The notes under the pieces are model-generated. The model was not told the DNA's origin and searched no databases. It saw only the letters and a list, made by a program, of their open reading frames with translations. 64,000 nucleotides of DNA from an uncultured Candidatus Actinomarina sp. Lineage in GTDB: Bacteria; Actinomycetota; Acidimicrobiia; Actinomarinales; Actinomarinaceae. A program made the position numbers and the translations under genes. Positions 38,254 to 49,133 of this stretch are shown here, piece by piece. Position 1 is the stretch's first letter; each line of letters begins with the position of its first letter. Where the stretch lies: NCBI GenBank assembly GCA_902534495.1, contig CACAQC010000001.1:158773-222772 (forward strand). The letters run 5' to 3'.

Positions 38254-38714
38254 TGTATACACCTGACAATATTCTGACTACAACAATAGATAAAGCTGTA
38301 AGATGGTCTCGAACACAATCGATGTGGCCAGTAACTTTTGGACTTGCCTGTTGTGCAATTGAAATGATGGCAGCTGGAAGTGCCAAATATGATTTAGCAA
38401 GATACGGGATGGAAGTTTTTAGAGCGTCTCCGAGGCAAGCAGATTTGATGATTGTTGCCGGTAGAGTTTCTCAAAAAATGGCCCCCGTTTTGAGACAAGT
38501 TTATGACCAAATGGCTGATCCAAAATGGGTTATTGCCATGGGTGCTTGTTCATCAACTGGTGGAATGTTTAATAATTATGCCTTAGTTCAAGGGGTTGAC
38601 CATATTGTTCCAGTAGACATTTATGTTCCTGGTTGCCCTCCTGGACCACAATCATTAATGCATGGAATTTTAACTTTACATGACAAAATTATGGATGGTG
38701 AAATCAATAGATGA
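38253..38714 (+). CDS. nuoB: NADH-quinone oxidoreductase subunit B
   Basis: N2 cluster cysteines: [17 protein letters not shown] and PGCPP. Confidence 0.96.
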   Translation: MYTPDNILTTTIDKAVRWSRTQSMWPVTFGLACCAIEMMAAGSAKYDLARYGMEVFRASPRQADLMIVAGRVSQKMAPVLRQVYDQMADPKWVIAMGACSSTGGMFNNYALVQGVDHIVPVDIYVPGCPPGPQSLMHGILTLHDKIMDGEINR

Positions 38715-39124
38715 GTTATGAAATTATTAATACATCAGTTGCAGAATACAAAAAATTAGCAGAGTCATTACATACAGAAAGCTACGAGATGATGGTAGAT
38801 CTCACAGTTGTAGATTGGTTTAGAAAAAAAGAGCCAAGATTTGAAGTAGTTGTACAGTTCTTATCAGTATCAAAAAATGAAAGAAAAACAGTAAAAGTTT
38901 TTGTTGACGACGAAGAATTATCAATCCCCTCAATAACTGATATTTACCCAAGTGCTAATTTTTATGAGAGAGAAGCTTATGATATGTTTGGTATAAATTT
39001 TTTAGGACATCCCGATTTAACAAGAATTTTGATGCCCGATGATTGGAATGGCCACCCTTTAAGAAAAAATTATGGTTCTGGCAGAATCCCAGTCCAATTT
39101 AAGAATGCACCAAAGGTTGAATAA
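38711..39124 (+). CDS. nuoC: NADH-quinone oxidoreductase subunit C (minimal 137-aa form)
   Basis: Motifs [28 protein letters not shown] and HPLRKNY. Confidence 0.9.
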   Translation: MSYEIINTSVAEYKKLAESLHTESYEMMVDLTVVDWFRKKEPRFEVVVQFLSVSKNERKTVKVFVDDEELSIPSITDIYPSANFYEREAYDMFGINFLGHPDLTRILMPDDWNGHPLRKNYGSGRIPVQFKNAPKVE

Positions 39125-40489
39125 TTGAAGAAAGATACTAAAAAAAATAAATTTAAATACATGTTTAATTTCTGGGCAACAAATTCTGAGGAAGGGGGCT
39201 GGAACATTTCTTCTACTGATGAAGGCTCTCAGAAAATGCTTGAAGAAGAAAATGAAAAACAAATAAAAATTCAAACAGGGACAGATGTCATTGATGATTT
39301 TGTAATCGATGAAGATACTTCTGATGATGAGAGAATGATTGTAAATATGGGACCTCAGCATCCATCAACTCATGGTGTTTTAAGGCTACAAGCTGAGCTA
39401 GAGGGAGAAGTAGTTAGAAGAGTTAAGCCAATAATTGGATACCTACATACTGGAATGGAGAAAACTGGAGAAGAGTTAAATTATTTTCAAGGTCCAACAA
39501 ATACGACAAGAATGGATTATTTATCTCCATTATTTAACGAACTGGTCTTTTCCTTAACTACAGAAAAACTAGTTGGGATCGAAGTTCCAGATCGAGCAAA
39601 AAATATAAGAATTCTTATGACAGAGCTAAACAGAATATCTTCACATTTAGTTGCACTGGCAACTGGTGGAATGGATATAGGTGCTTTATCAATGATGATT
39701 TTTGGATTTAGGGAGCGCGAGTTAATACTTAATTTTTTTGAAAAAACTACAGGTCTAAGAATGAACCATAATTACATTCGTCCAGGTGGAGTAGCAGCAG
39801 ATCTTCCTGATGGATGGCAAAAAGATATAGAAGAAATTTTAAAAATAATTCCTGAAAAACTTCAAGATTACGATGATATGCTGCTTGACAATCCAATTTG
39901 GAAAGGACGTTTACAAAACGTAGGTATTCTCACAACAGAAGAGTGTTTTGCTTACGGCGTTACGGGACCAAGTTTAAGAGCAAGTGGTCACTCTTGGGAT
40001 CTGAGAAAAGCTCAACCATATTCTGGAATTGAAAACTTTGAATTCGAAGTACCAGTTCTTAATGAAGGAGATGTTTTTGCAAGATGGAGAATTAAAGTTC
40101 TTGAGATTTTTGAGAGTTTAAAAATTGTAGAACAAGCACTTAACAAAATGCCAAAAGGTCCATACAAAGTTCAAGACAAAAAGATTACACCTCCGCCTAG
40201 AAAAAGACTTGATGAGTCTATGGAAGCATTAATTCATCATTTTAAAATTTATACCGAGGGATTTAAGGTTCCTGAAGGAGATGCATATGTTGCTATAGAA
40301 TCTCCAAGAGGTGAGCTTGGTTGTTATATAGTTTCTGATGGTTCTTCGAAACCATACAGAATGCACGTCAGAGGTCCTTCATTTTGTAATCTTCAGGCTT
40401 TGCCAGTAATTATGACTGATAGTCCAATTGCCGACGCTGTTGCTGCTATCGCATCGTTAGATCCTGTGATTGGAGATGTAGATAGATGA
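39125..40489 (+). CDS. nuoD: NADH-quinone oxidoreductase subunit D
   Basis: DDERMIVNMGPQHPSTHGVLRL and the C-terminus. TTG 39125 start; ATG 39161 is an alternative. Confidence 0.95.
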   Translation: MKKDTKKNKFKYMFNFWATNSEEGGWNISSTDEGSQKMLEEENEKQIKIQTGTDVIDDFVIDEDTSDDERMIVNMGPQHPSTHGVLRLQAELEGEVVRRVKPIIGYLHTGMEKTGEELNYFQGPTNTTRMDYLSPLFNELVFSLTTEKLVGIEVPDRAKNIRILMTELNRISSHLVALATGGMDIGALSMMIFGFRERELILNFFEKTTGLRMNHNYIRPGGVAADLPDGWQKDIEEILKIIPEKLQDYDDMLLDNPIWKGRLQNVGILTTEECFAYGVTGPSLRASGHSWDLRKAQPYSGIENFEFEVPVLNEGDVFARWRIKVLEIFESLKIVEQALNKMPKGPYKVQDKKITPPPRKRLDESMEALIHHFKIYTEGFKVPEGDAYVAIESPRGELGCYIVSDGSSKPYRMHVRGPSFCNLQALPVIMTDSPIADAVAAIASLDPVIGDVDR

Positions 40490-41100
40490 GCTGGAATGAC
40501 TCAATGATAAAGCAAGCTAAAAAGATAATAAAAATGTATCCTCAAAAGAGATCAGCAATTGGCCCACTTCTACACCTTGCACAAAGTAAAGATGGCTATA
40601 TTTCAGACGACTCTATTGCCGCAATAAGTGAATTGGTTGGCATAACAGAGGTTCAGGTCAAATCAGTGTCAACTTTTTATTCTATGTACAAGCAAGAACC
40701 AACAGGAAAATATCTTTTAAGTGTTTGTAAATCTATTTCCTGTGAGATTAACAATTCTAAAGAGATAATTGATGTTGTTAAAGACTTTACAGGGCTTAAC
40801 AATAGCGAAACTGATGAGAATGACTTATTTACATTTGAAGCAGTTGAATGCATAGGAGCATGTGGCGGTGCTCCTGCAATGCAAATAAATTATGAAACTG
40901 TTGAAGGCTTGTCTTCTGAAAACACTATAAAACTCTGCGAGTGGCTAAAAGAAGAACAACCTGATGTGATAATTGCTGAAGAAATGCAAGATAATTTTGG
41001 AGGAACAAAATCTTTTGACTGGGCTATTAAAGACCAATCGGGAACTACTGGTTCTGTGCCAGGATTTCAAACATTTAACACTACAAAGGAGAAAAAGTGA
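40486..41100 (+). CDS. nuoE: NADH-quinone oxidoreductase subunit E
   Basis: 2Fe-2S ligands: VCKSISC and ECIGACGGAP. Confidence 0.93.
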   Translation: MSWNDSMIKQAKKIIKMYPQKRSAIGPLLHLAQSKDGYISDDSIAAISELVGITEVQVKSVSTFYSMYKQEPTGKYLLSVCKSISCEINNSKEIIDVVKDFTGLNNSETDENDLFTFEAVECIGACGGAPAMQINYETVEGLSSENTIKLCEWLKEEQPDVIIAEEMQDNFGGTKSFDWAIKDQSGTTGSVPGFQTFNTTKEKK

Positions 41101-42386
41101 AAGAAACTCTTCTTTTGACCAAACACATGCGTGAAAATCCTGAAGATAGCCACTTAATTGATAGTTATGAAAAAAATGGTGGATATGAAACAGCAAGAAA
41201 AACTTTAATTCATGGTTCACCTGAAAACGTACTCGAAGAAATTAAGGCATCAAATATAAGAGGTAGAGGCGGTGCGGGTTTCCCCACAGGAGTTAAGTGG
41301 GGTTTTTTAGCTGAGAATGAAGATAGGTATTTAGTAATAAACGCTGACGAATCAGAACCCGGAACTTTCAAAGATAGAATTTTACTTGAGAGAGACCCTC
41401 ACCAACTAATTGAAGGAATAATCATTACTTGTTTTGCTGCAAATATTAAAAATGCATTTATTTACATAAGGGGAGAATATGCAAAACCTGCAAGAAGAGT
41501 TCAGGATGCAGTAGATCAAGCTTATCAAAAAGGTTATTTAGGAAAAAATATTTTTAAGTCTGAAATGAATCTAGATCTAGTTGTTCATTTAGGTGCAGGT
41601 GCATATATATGTGGTGAAGAAACTGCATTACTTAATTCACTCGAAGGAAGACGAGGCGAGCCTAGGTTAAAACCTCCATATTTTCCTGCGGTAAAGGGTC
41701 TATATATGAAACCTACTTTAGTTAATAATGTTGAGACAATTTCTTCTGTTCCATGGATTATGGAAAATACTGGCAAAGAATATAACAAATTAGGCGTTGA
41801 AGGATCTACTGGAACAAGAATTTTCAGTCTCTCAGGTCATGTAAATAATCCTGGGAATTACGAAATTGAAATGGGAAGTTCATTTGGAGAGTTTGTTGAG
41901 TCCTTAGGCAATGGAATAAGAAATAATAAAAAAGTCAAAGCATATATTCCTGGTGGTGCATCTGCTCCTTGGTTTAGGGGTGATCAACTTGATATCAAAA
42001 TGACAATTGATGATGTAGCAAATAACAATTCTATGCTTGGCTCTGGTGCAGTTGTGATGATGGATGAGGACACAAATCTTGTAAACGCTGCAAAAAGCAT
42101 TGTTAGTTTCTTTGCTCATGAATCATGTGGTCAATGTACACCATGCAGAGAGGGAACAACATGGTTAGAAATGATATTAGACAGAGTTGCTTCTGGTAGA
42201 GGTCGGGCATCAGATATCGACCTGCTTCTTGATGTTTGTGACAATATTTCACCCGGTCTTTCTTGGCCTCCAAAAATGACAACTATTTGTCCATTAGGAC
42301 CCTCAGCTGTATCACCTATAACATCTTTAATGAATGATTTCAGAGAAGAAGTTGAAAGTTTAATTCCAACCAAGGTTCTTTTATGA
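41097..42386 (+). CDS. nuoF: NADH-quinone oxidoreductase subunit F
   Basis: FMN/NADH site GRGGAGFPTGVKW, YICGEETALLNSLEG and 4Fe-4S motif ESCGQCTPCREG. Confidence 0.97.
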   Translation: MKETLLLTKHMRENPEDSHLIDSYEKNGGYETARKTLIHGSPENVLEEIKASNIRGRGGAGFPTGVKWGFLAENEDRYLVINADESEPGTFKDRILLERDPHQLIEGIIITCFAANIKNAFIYIRGEYAKPARRVQDAVDQAYQKGYLGKNIFKSEMNLDLVVHLGAGAYICGEETALLNSLEGRRGEPRLKPPYFPAVKGLYMKPTLVNNVETISSVPWIMENTGKEYNKLGVEGSTGTRIFSLSGHVNNPGNYEIEMGSSFGEFVESLGNGIRNNKKVKAYIPGGASAPWFRGDQLDIKMTIDDVANNNSMLGSGAVVMMDEDTNLVNAAKSIVSFFAHESCGQCTPCREGTTWLEMILDRVASGRGRASDIDLLLDVCDNISPGLSWPPKMTTICPLGPSAVSPITSLMNDFREEVESLIPTKVLL

Positions 42387-44695
42387 GCGAAAATATAAAA
42401 ATAAATGTTAACGGAAATCAAATTGAATCAGCACCTAACAAATTATTAATTGAAGCTTGTGAAGACTCAGGTATTCATATACCAAGATTTTGCTGGCATA
42501 AAAGGCTAGACCCTGTTGGAATGTGCAGGATGTGCCTAGTAGAAATAGAAACTCCAAGAGGAAAAATGTTAGTTCCATCATGTACAACTGAAGTAACCGA
42601 TGAAATGGTTGTAGATACTGAGTCTGAAGTAGTAAAAAAAGCTCAAGAAGGAGTTTTAGAATTTTTGTTAATCAATCATCCGCTTGATTGTCCTATATGT
42701 GATAAAGCTGGTGAGTGTCCTTTACAAGATCAGACTATGGCTTATGGGCCTGGGGAAAGCAGATTTGTCGAAGAAAAAAGACACTTTGAAAAACCAATTT
42801 CTATTTCTGAAATTATTCTTCTAGATAGAGAAAGATGTATTCTGTGTGCTCGATGTACAAGGTTTTCTGATGAAATTTCTGGAGATCCACTAATTGAATT
42901 TATTCAAAGAGGTAATAAAACAGAAGTTAATACTTTTCCTAATGAACCTTTTAAGTCTTACTTCTCTGGCAACACAGTACAAATCTGTCCCGTAGGTGCA
43001 TTAACATCAACTTCATACAGGTTTAAAGCAAGACCTTGGGATCTAAAATCAGTTAGATCAACATGTAATGGCTGTCCAGTAGGTTGTTCAACAGAATTAA
43101 ACTCATCTCAAAACAAAATGCTTAGAATTCTTGGAATTGATAACGATAGTGTAAATCAAGGTTGGCTTTGTGATAAAGGTAGATACAATTTTGAATACTT
43201 GAATTCAGAATTTAGGTTAAAAACTCCATTAAAAAAATTAGACAATGAATTTAAGGAAACGTCAGTTAAAGAAATCTATAAAGAATTAAGTGAATTAATT
43301 AGCGATAGTAATACAAATATAAATTTTCTAATAGGCACTAATAGTACCAATGAAGATTATGTTGCTTTTAATGAGTTTGCTAAAAACTTTCCTACAACAA
43401 ATCAAACCTTCTATTTAAATGATGACTATCTATATGCTGGATTCTTTGAAAAGGATATAAATAGAGCAACAATCGATGATTTAAATAACTCTGAAGCAAT
43501 TGTAATTTGGTCTGAAGATTTAAAAGAAAATCTCCCAGTGCTTTATTTACGAGTTAGGCAAGCTGTTAAAAATGGAGCGAAACTTATAGTTTTTGGCCAT
43601 TCAAACTCAACCTTGAAAGACATAGCTGATTTTTACTATTCCGAAGATATTGTCTCTGAAAATTTTGAAATAACAAAAGATATATCAAAATTAAAAGGCA
43701 TAAAAGAGTACGTTAAAGACAAGAATGTGACAGCGATAATAGGAAAATCTACCCCCTATCAAATAGATGAGAATTTAGATAAATTAGTTTCGTATTTAGT
43801 CGAAAATTCAAACTCAAAAATAATGAATGCATTTTCTAGTGGTAATACTTTTGGTGCAATTAATAATTTAGATAATGTAAAAAATCTGAGAGATTTTACA
43901 AAAAATGTAAGTTCTGAAAATACTGATTTACTGTTTGTTATTGGTTCTGACCCAATAGGTAGATCTGTTTTCTCAAATGAAATTCATGGAATTATTGAAG
44001 ATATAGATAATGTCGTATGTTTAGATTTATTTTTACATGAAACTTCTGAATTAGGCAATTACATTATTCCCACAAGTTCAACACTAGGAGAGAAAGAAGG
44101 AACCTTTACTAATATCGAATTTAGAACTTCAAGAATTGATAAGTTAGTACCTCCACCTGGCCAAAGTTTGAGTGATTGGGAGTTTATTTCTGGTCTTTCT
44201 AACTTTTGTAATTTCAATAATAATATAGATAGCCTAGATGGCTTAAACGATTTAGCTTATCAAGATTTTGATAATCAAGACAGTCCATCATTTAAAAATT
44301 TAGATAAACCAAGTAATTTTGACGGGATTATTAATGATTACCAGCCCAATATATCAACTGAATTAAATGAGAATCTAACTTCTAAATATTTTGTTGGAAA
44401 AAAGCTTTATGGAGACAATATCACTATTCGTTACTCAGATAGCATATCATTACTCGGCGCAAAACAATTCATTGAAGCAAGTGAATCCACAATTGAAAAA
44501 CTTAATTTATCATCTGGTGAATGCACATTAAAACAGAATGGGCACAAAGTTTCGGCAAATTATGTTGTTAATAACAAACTTGCGGATGGAGTAATATTTA
44601 TTCCGCAAAATAGAAGAAATTTTAACAGATTTGATTTTTCAGAAACCATTGAAATATCGCCAAATCAATCCAAGGAAGCTTTAAATGTCAATTGA
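42383..44695 (+). CDS. nuoG: NADH-quinone oxidoreductase subunit G
   Basis: N-terminal Fe-S motifs (CRMCLVE, HPLDCPICDKAGECPLQD and CILCARCTRF), followed by a divergent molybdopterin-like domain. Confidence 0.93.
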   Translation: MSENIKINVNGNQIESAPNKLLIEACEDSGIHIPRFCWHKRLDPVGMCRMCLVEIETPRGKMLVPSCTTEVTDEMVVDTESEVVKKAQEGVLEFLLINHPLDCPICDKAGECPLQDQTMAYGPGESRFVEEKRHFEKPISISEIILLDRERCILCARCTRFSDEISGDPLIEFIQRGNKTEVNTFPNEPFKSYFSGNTVQICPVGALTSTSYRFKARPWDLKSVRSTCNGCPVGCSTELNSSQNKMLRILGIDNDSVNQGWLCDKGRYNFEYLNSEFRLKTPLKKLDNEFKETSVKEIYKELSELISDSNTNINFLIGTNSTNEDYVAFNEFAKNFPTTNQTFYLNDDYLYAGFFEKDINRATIDDLNNSEAIVIWSEDLKENLPVLYLRVRQAVKNGAKLIVFGHSNSTLKDIADFYYSEDIVSENFEITKDISKLKGIKEYVKDKNVTAIIGKSTPYQIDENLDKLVSYLVENSNSKIMNAFSSGNTFGAINNLDNVKNLRDFTKNVSSENTDLLFVIGSDPIGRSVFSNEIHGIIEDIDNVVCLDLFLHETSELGNYIIPTSSTLGEKEGTFTNIEFRTSRIDKLVPPPGQSLSDWEFISGLSNFCNFNNNIDSLDGLNDLAYQDFDNQDSPSFKNLDKPSNFDGIINDYQPNISTELNENLTSKYFVGKKLYGDNITIRYSDSISLLGAKQFIEASESTIEKLNLSSGECTLKQNGHKVSANYVVNNKLADGVIFIPQNRRNFNRFDFSETIEISPNQSKEALNVN

Positions 44696-45782
44696 GTTAA
44701 TAGTATCACTGGTAAAAGCAAACATAGTTTTGGCAGTTTTATTAACCAATACAATATTATTAATTTGGTTTGAAAGAAAAGTAGTTGCAGGAATGCAATC
44801 TAGAGTTGGACCTGATAGAGCTGGTCCATTTGGAATACTTCAAACTTTAGCTGATGCCATTAAGTTATTATTAAAAGAACAAATTCTCCCTTCCAAAGCT
44901 GATAGAGCAATGTACCTTCTTGCACCATTAATTGCACTTGTTCCATCTTTTTTAATCTTTATGATTATTCCTTTAGGGCCTGATATTACGGTTGAATGGC
45001 AAAATGCACTATATACAATTCCATTAGTTGGTGCAGATTTAAACGTAGGAGTCTTGTACTTCTTAGCATTATCTTCAATTGCTGTATATAGCGTTGTTTT
45101 GGCTGGATGGTCTTCAGGATCAAAATATCCTTTATTAGGGGGGGTAAGAGCTTCCGCACAAATGATTTCCTATGAGGCCGCTATGGGCTTAGCATTAGTC
45201 CCTGTTATTTTGTATTCAGGATCACTTTCCTTGGTTGATATTGTAAATAGCCAATCAGGAAATTTATCTAGTTCAATTCCAATTCTTAATACAATCGTTT
45301 CATTTATTCCTAAATGGAATATTTTTCCTCAATTTGTTGCATTTGGAATATTTTTTGTAGCTGCAGTAGCTGAAGTTAATCGGGCACCTTTTGACTTAGT
45401 TGAAGCTGAACAAGAACTAGTTGGAGGTTTTCATACTGAATATTCAGGTTTTAGATTCGCTATGTTCTTTTTGGCAGAGTATATAAATATGTTCAACATG
45501 TGTGCGATTACGGCAACTTTCTTTTTAGGTGGATGGCTAGGCCCTACATTTGATGGTATATTACCTCCAATTTTCTCAGTTATAATGCCTATAATTTGGC
45601 TTGGTTTAAAAACTTTTCTACTTCTATTCGTTTTTGTATGGATAAGAGCAACACTCCCTAGATTAAGATATGACCAGTTGATGGAACTAGGATGGAAAAG
45701 AATGATTCCACTATCTTTAGTCTGGCTAATACTTTCTGCAATAGTTTTAGGCTTAAGAGAATTTGGATTACCTTGGAGTTAA
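44685..45782 (+). CDS. nuoH: NADH-quinone oxidoreductase subunit H
   Basis: Motifs ERKVVAGMQSRVGPDRAGPFGILQTLADAIKL and NRAPFDLVEAEQELVGGFHTEYSG. Confidence 0.96.
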   Translation: MSIELIVSLVKANIVLAVLLTNTILLIWFERKVVAGMQSRVGPDRAGPFGILQTLADAIKLLLKEQILPSKADRAMYLLAPLIALVPSFLIFMIIPLGPDITVEWQNALYTIPLVGADLNVGVLYFLALSSIAVYSVVLAGWSSGSKYPLLGGVRASAQMISYEAAMGLALVPVILYSGSLSLVDIVNSQSGNLSSSIPILNTIVSFIPKWNIFPQFVAFGIFFVAAVAEVNRAPFDLVEAEQELVGGFHTEYSGFRFAMFFLAEYINMFNMCAITATFFLGGWLGPTFDGILPPIFSVIMPIIWLGLKTFLLLFVFVWIRATLPRLRYDQLMELGWKRMIPLSLVWLILSAIVLGLREFGLPWS

Positions 45783-45785
45783 ATT

Positions 45786-46400
45786 ATGAGTGAAAGTTTC
45801 GGATTATTTAAGGGATTAAAAGTAACTTTTAAAGAATTGTTCAAAAAATCTGTTACTGATAAGTATCCAAAAGAATTTAGAGAAAAGCCACAAAGATTTC
45901 ATGGCCGTCATGTATTAAATAGATATGAAGATGGAATGGAAAAATGTATTGGTTGTGAATTGTGTGCAGGAGTATGTCCAGCTCAATGTATTTATGTAAG
46001 GGGTGAAGATAACCCTGAAGACGCACCTGTAAGCCCAGGTGAGAGATATGGATTTATTTATGAAATAAATATGCTCAGATGCATTTACTGTGCGCTTTGT
46101 GTTGAAGCTTGTCCAACAGAGGCAATAACAATGACCTCATTGTTTGAAATGAGTGTGGCTAATAGATCAGAAGCAATTTTTGATAAATCCGTTTTAGTTG
46201 TGAATGACGATGGAACTCCAAATACCCATGAAGAGCAAACAAAACTTACAAGATTTGAAGAGCTACAAACTTCCGATGGGTGGATGAGAGCAACGTCTTC
46301 GAATGGTAATCCAAATTTTCAAAATGTTATTAATTGGTCTGGCTCATTGGGTGTAGGAAAAAAAGATCCTGAGAAAGGCCAATTTTTAGAGGAAGAGTAA
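45786..46400 (+). CDS. nuoI: NADH-quinone oxidoreductase subunit I
   Basis: Two 4Fe-4S ferredoxin motifs: CIGCELCAGVCP and CIYCALCVEACP. Confidence 0.95.
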   Translation: MSESFGLFKGLKVTFKELFKKSVTDKYPKEFREKPQRFHGRHVLNRYEDGMEKCIGCELCAGVCPAQCIYVRGEDNPEDAPVSPGERYGFIYEINMLRCIYCALCVEACPTEAITMTSLFEMSVANRSEAIFDKSVLVVNDDGTPNTHEEQTKLTRFEELQTSDGWMRATSSNGNPNFQNVINWSGSLGVGKKDPEKGQFLEEE

Positions 46401-46401
46401 C

Positions 46402-46929
46402 TTGGTAGATTTAATTTTATTCTTTATTCCTGCTTCATTGATAATTATTGGAGCCCTCATAGTAGTCTTTGCAAAGAATCCAGTTCATAATGCGATGGGT
46501 CTTGTTATGACCCTTGTATCTATTGCCATTATTTATATAACCCTTAATGCAACATTTGTAGCAATGGTACAAATGCTTGTATATGCAGGTGCTGTGATGA
46601 CATTATTCTTGTTCGTAATAATGATGATAGGAGTTGACAAAAAAGAACAAAGTTCAGAATCTATCAAGGGGCAGACTTTTTTAGTTAGTGGAGTTTTTTT
46701 AATTCTTATTTCACTATTAAGCTACGTTGCAGTTAATTCAGAATTTAAATGGGATTTATGGTTTGATGCAGTTGAATTTGCAGTAGAGGGAACTCCACAG
46801 TTAGTTGCAGGAACGTTGTTTACTGCTTGGATTTTTCCATTTGAAATAATTTCAATTTTATTAATTGTCGCAACTGCTGCTGCGATTGCTCTTGCATATG
46901 ACTCTAAAAGGAAGAAAAATGATGCTTGA
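46402..46929 (+). CDS. nuoJ: NADH-quinone oxidoreductase subunit J
   Basis: 175 aa, 5 TM helices. [23 protein letters not shown] start. Confidence 0.9.
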   Translation: MVDLILFFIPASLIIIGALIVVFAKNPVHNAMGLVMTLVSIAIIYITLNATFVAMVQMLVYAGAVMTLFLFVIMMIGVDKKEQSSESIKGQTFLVSGVFLILISLLSYVAVNSEFKWDLWFDAVEFAVEGTPQLVAGTLFTAWIFPFEIISILLIVATAAAIALAYDSKRKKNDA

Positions 46930-47230
46930 AGTGACTACTGATTGGTATTTGACACTTTCTGCAATTCTTTTTTCAATTGGTTTTTTTGGCATGATGATAA
47001 GAAAAAATGCATTAATAATGTTTATGTGTATTGAACTTATGTTGAATGCTGTTAATTTAACTTTTATTTCAGCTTCAAAGCATTTTGGCCAAATTGATGG
47101 TCAGATTGCAGTTTTTTTTGTCTTAGTAGTTGCTGCAGCCGAAGTTGTTGTTGGACTAGCAATCATCGTCTCGATATTTAGAAAACAATCGTCTGCATCT
47201 GTGGATGTGTTAAACGTGTCAAGAGGATAG
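46919..47230 (+). CDS. nuoK: NADH-quinone oxidoreductase subunit K
   Basis: About 103 aa starting at the ATGATG preceded by [18 protein letters not shown] and [13 protein letters not shown]. The track ORF start 46865 is an upstream read-through inside nuoJ. Confidence 0.9.
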   Translation: MMLEVTTDWYLTLSAILFSIGFFGMMIRKNALIMFMCIELMLNAVNLTFISASKHFGQIDGQIAVFFVLVVAAAEVVVGLAIIVSIFRKQSSASVDVLNVSRG

Positions 47231-47231
47231 C

Positions 47232-49133
47232 TTGGAATTACTTTTTTTACTTCCAATCTTCCTCCCATTATTAACGGCTTTATTTTTATTTTTAAACAAA
47301 AATTTATTCAACGAACCTTTAACTAATTTTTTTACAATAAATAGTGCTTTACTATCTTTTGCTATATCATCTTTTGTCTTTATTACACTTGTACTTGATA
47401 AATTCCAGCCAATTGATTACAGCATTTTTCAATGGACAAATACTCCAGACATAAAAATAGGTTTTACTCTTGATGGTCTCTCTGGAATAATGCTTCTGTT
47501 AGTGACTGGACTATCCTTTGTTATTCAACTTTTCTCAACTTCCTATATGGAGAAAGATGAAAAGTATAATAATTATTTTATTTACTTTAACTTTTTTGTT
47601 TTTTCAATGCTTTTACTTGTTATGTCTTCAAATTTCTTAGTAATGTTTTTTGGATGGGAATTGGTTGGTCTCAGTTCTTATTTATTAATCTCCTTCTGGT
47701 CAAAAAAGCCGTCAGCTGCCAAAGCTGGAAACAAGGCTTTCATTTTAAACAGAGTGGGTGATTTTGGCTTTCTAGTAGGGCTTATGGTCATTTTGAATAC
47801 TTTCAATACATTCGATTTTTACACAGTTTTAAAAAGTGCTTCGAATGTACCAGAAAGTACGATTACTATTATTTCATTATTTTTACTACTTGGAGCGTTT
47901 GGAAAATCTGCTCAGTTTCCTCTTTTTAGTTGGTTACCAGATGCAATGGAAGGACCAACTCCTGCGAGTGCATTGATCCATGCAGCGACAATGGTGACCG
48001 CTGGAGTATTCATGCTTGTTAGAATTTCACCAATACTACAGTATTCAAAAATTGCAGGTATGGTGATAGTCTTAATCGGACTTTTAACAGCTTTACTCGC
48101 TGCTTTTTCAGCAATTAATCAGTATGACATCAAAAAAGTTTTAGCCTATTCAACTATCTCTCAACTTGGCTTTATGTTTATCGCAATTGGTGCTGGGGCG
48201 TACGTAGCGGCAATTTTTCATCTCGTTACACATGCATTTTTTAAAGCTCTTTTATTTTTAGGCGCAGGTGCTGTAATTCACTCTATGCACCATGAACAAG
48301 ATATAAGAAAAATGGGCAAATTGAGAAAGAAAATGCCTGTAACTGCTTCAATGATGGGTATTGGGACTCTTGCAATATCTGGTATTCCTCCCCTTGCTGG
48401 TTTTTGGTCGAAGGATGAAATATTAGCTTCAGTGTTTGCAAATGGTGGTATGTATTACATATTTTGGGCACTTGGATTAAGTGCAGCTTTGCTAACAGCA
48501 TTTTACATGGGAAGACATTGGTTATTAATATTTGAAAAAGATAATGGTTTCGATCATTCTGATGTAATTGAAGCTCCAAAAACCATGACTAGACCTTTAA
48601 TTGTTCTTGGTCTATTTTCAATTTTTATAGGATTTATTAACACACCTTTTTTTCACGGAGTGGAAAAAGTTCTTCACTATTCTTTGGAAGGAGTAAAGGT
48701 AACTCATTTACCTGAGGGTCCAACTTTAATCATTCTTGCAATCTTATCTATTGGTGCTGGTTTCACAGGACTACTACTAGCGTATTTAATATTTTCATTT
48801 GAAATTTTTAAAAAAATTAATTTTAAGAGAATTAATTTAGAATATCCGATTAATTTAGTAAAAGATCTTTCGTTCAACGTTTTATATCTCAATAATTTTG
48901 GTAATTCAATTTTTGTTTCTGGTATGAAAACCTTTACAAGAAAGGTCGCTGTAATAGTCGATGGTCTCATTATTGACGGTTCTGTTAATTTTGTTTCAAA
49001 TGCATTTAGTAAAACATCAAAGGTTGCATCGGCTACACAGACAGGTCTAGTAAGAAGTTATGTTGTGTATTTTGGATTGTTTCTACTTCTGCTGATTGGG
49101 TTATTTATTGTCACTCCGATGGTGCCACAATGA
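47232..49133 (+). CDS. nuoL: NADH-quinone oxidoreductase subunit L
   Basis: Motifs WELVGLSSYLLISFW and WLPDAMEGPTPASALIHAATMVTAG. 633 aa, TTG start. Confidence 0.95.
   Translation: MELLFLLPIFLPLLTALFLFLNKNLFNEPLTNFFTINSALLSFAISSFVFITLVLDKFQPIDYSIFQWTNTPDIKIGFTLDGLSGIMLLLVTGLSFVIQLFSTSYMEKDEKYNNYFIYFNFFVFSMLLLVMSSNFLVMFFGWELVGLSSYLLISFWSKKPSAAKAGNKAFILNRVGDFGFLVGLMVILNTFNTFDFYTVLKSASNVPESTITIISLFLLLGAFGKSAQFPLFSWLPDAMEGPTPASALIHAATMVTAGVFMLVRISPILQYSKIAGMVIVLIGLLTALLAAFSAINQYDIKKVLAYSTISQLGFMFIAIGAGAYVAAIFHLVTHAFFKALLFLGAGAVIHSMHHEQDIRKMGKLRKKMPVTASMMGIGTLAISGIPPLAGFWSKDEILASVFANGGMYYIFWALGLSAALLTAFYMGRHWLLIFEKDNGFDHSDVIEAPKTMTRPLIVLGLFSIFIGFINTPFFHGVEKVLHYSLEGVKVTHLPEGPTLIILAILSIGAGFTGLLLAYLIFSFEIFKKINFKRINLEYPINLVKDLSFNVLYLNNFGNSIFVSGMKTFTRKVAVIVDGLIIDGSVNFVSNAFSKTSKVASATQTGLVRSYVVYFGLFLLLLIGLFIVTPMVPQ

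Noticed and set aside
46865-46918. Upstream extension of nuoK in the ORF track ([18 protein letters not shown]...).
   Set aside because: The extension lies inside nuoJ. The ATG at 46919 has an AAGGAAG SD and gives the canonical NuoK length of about 100 aa.
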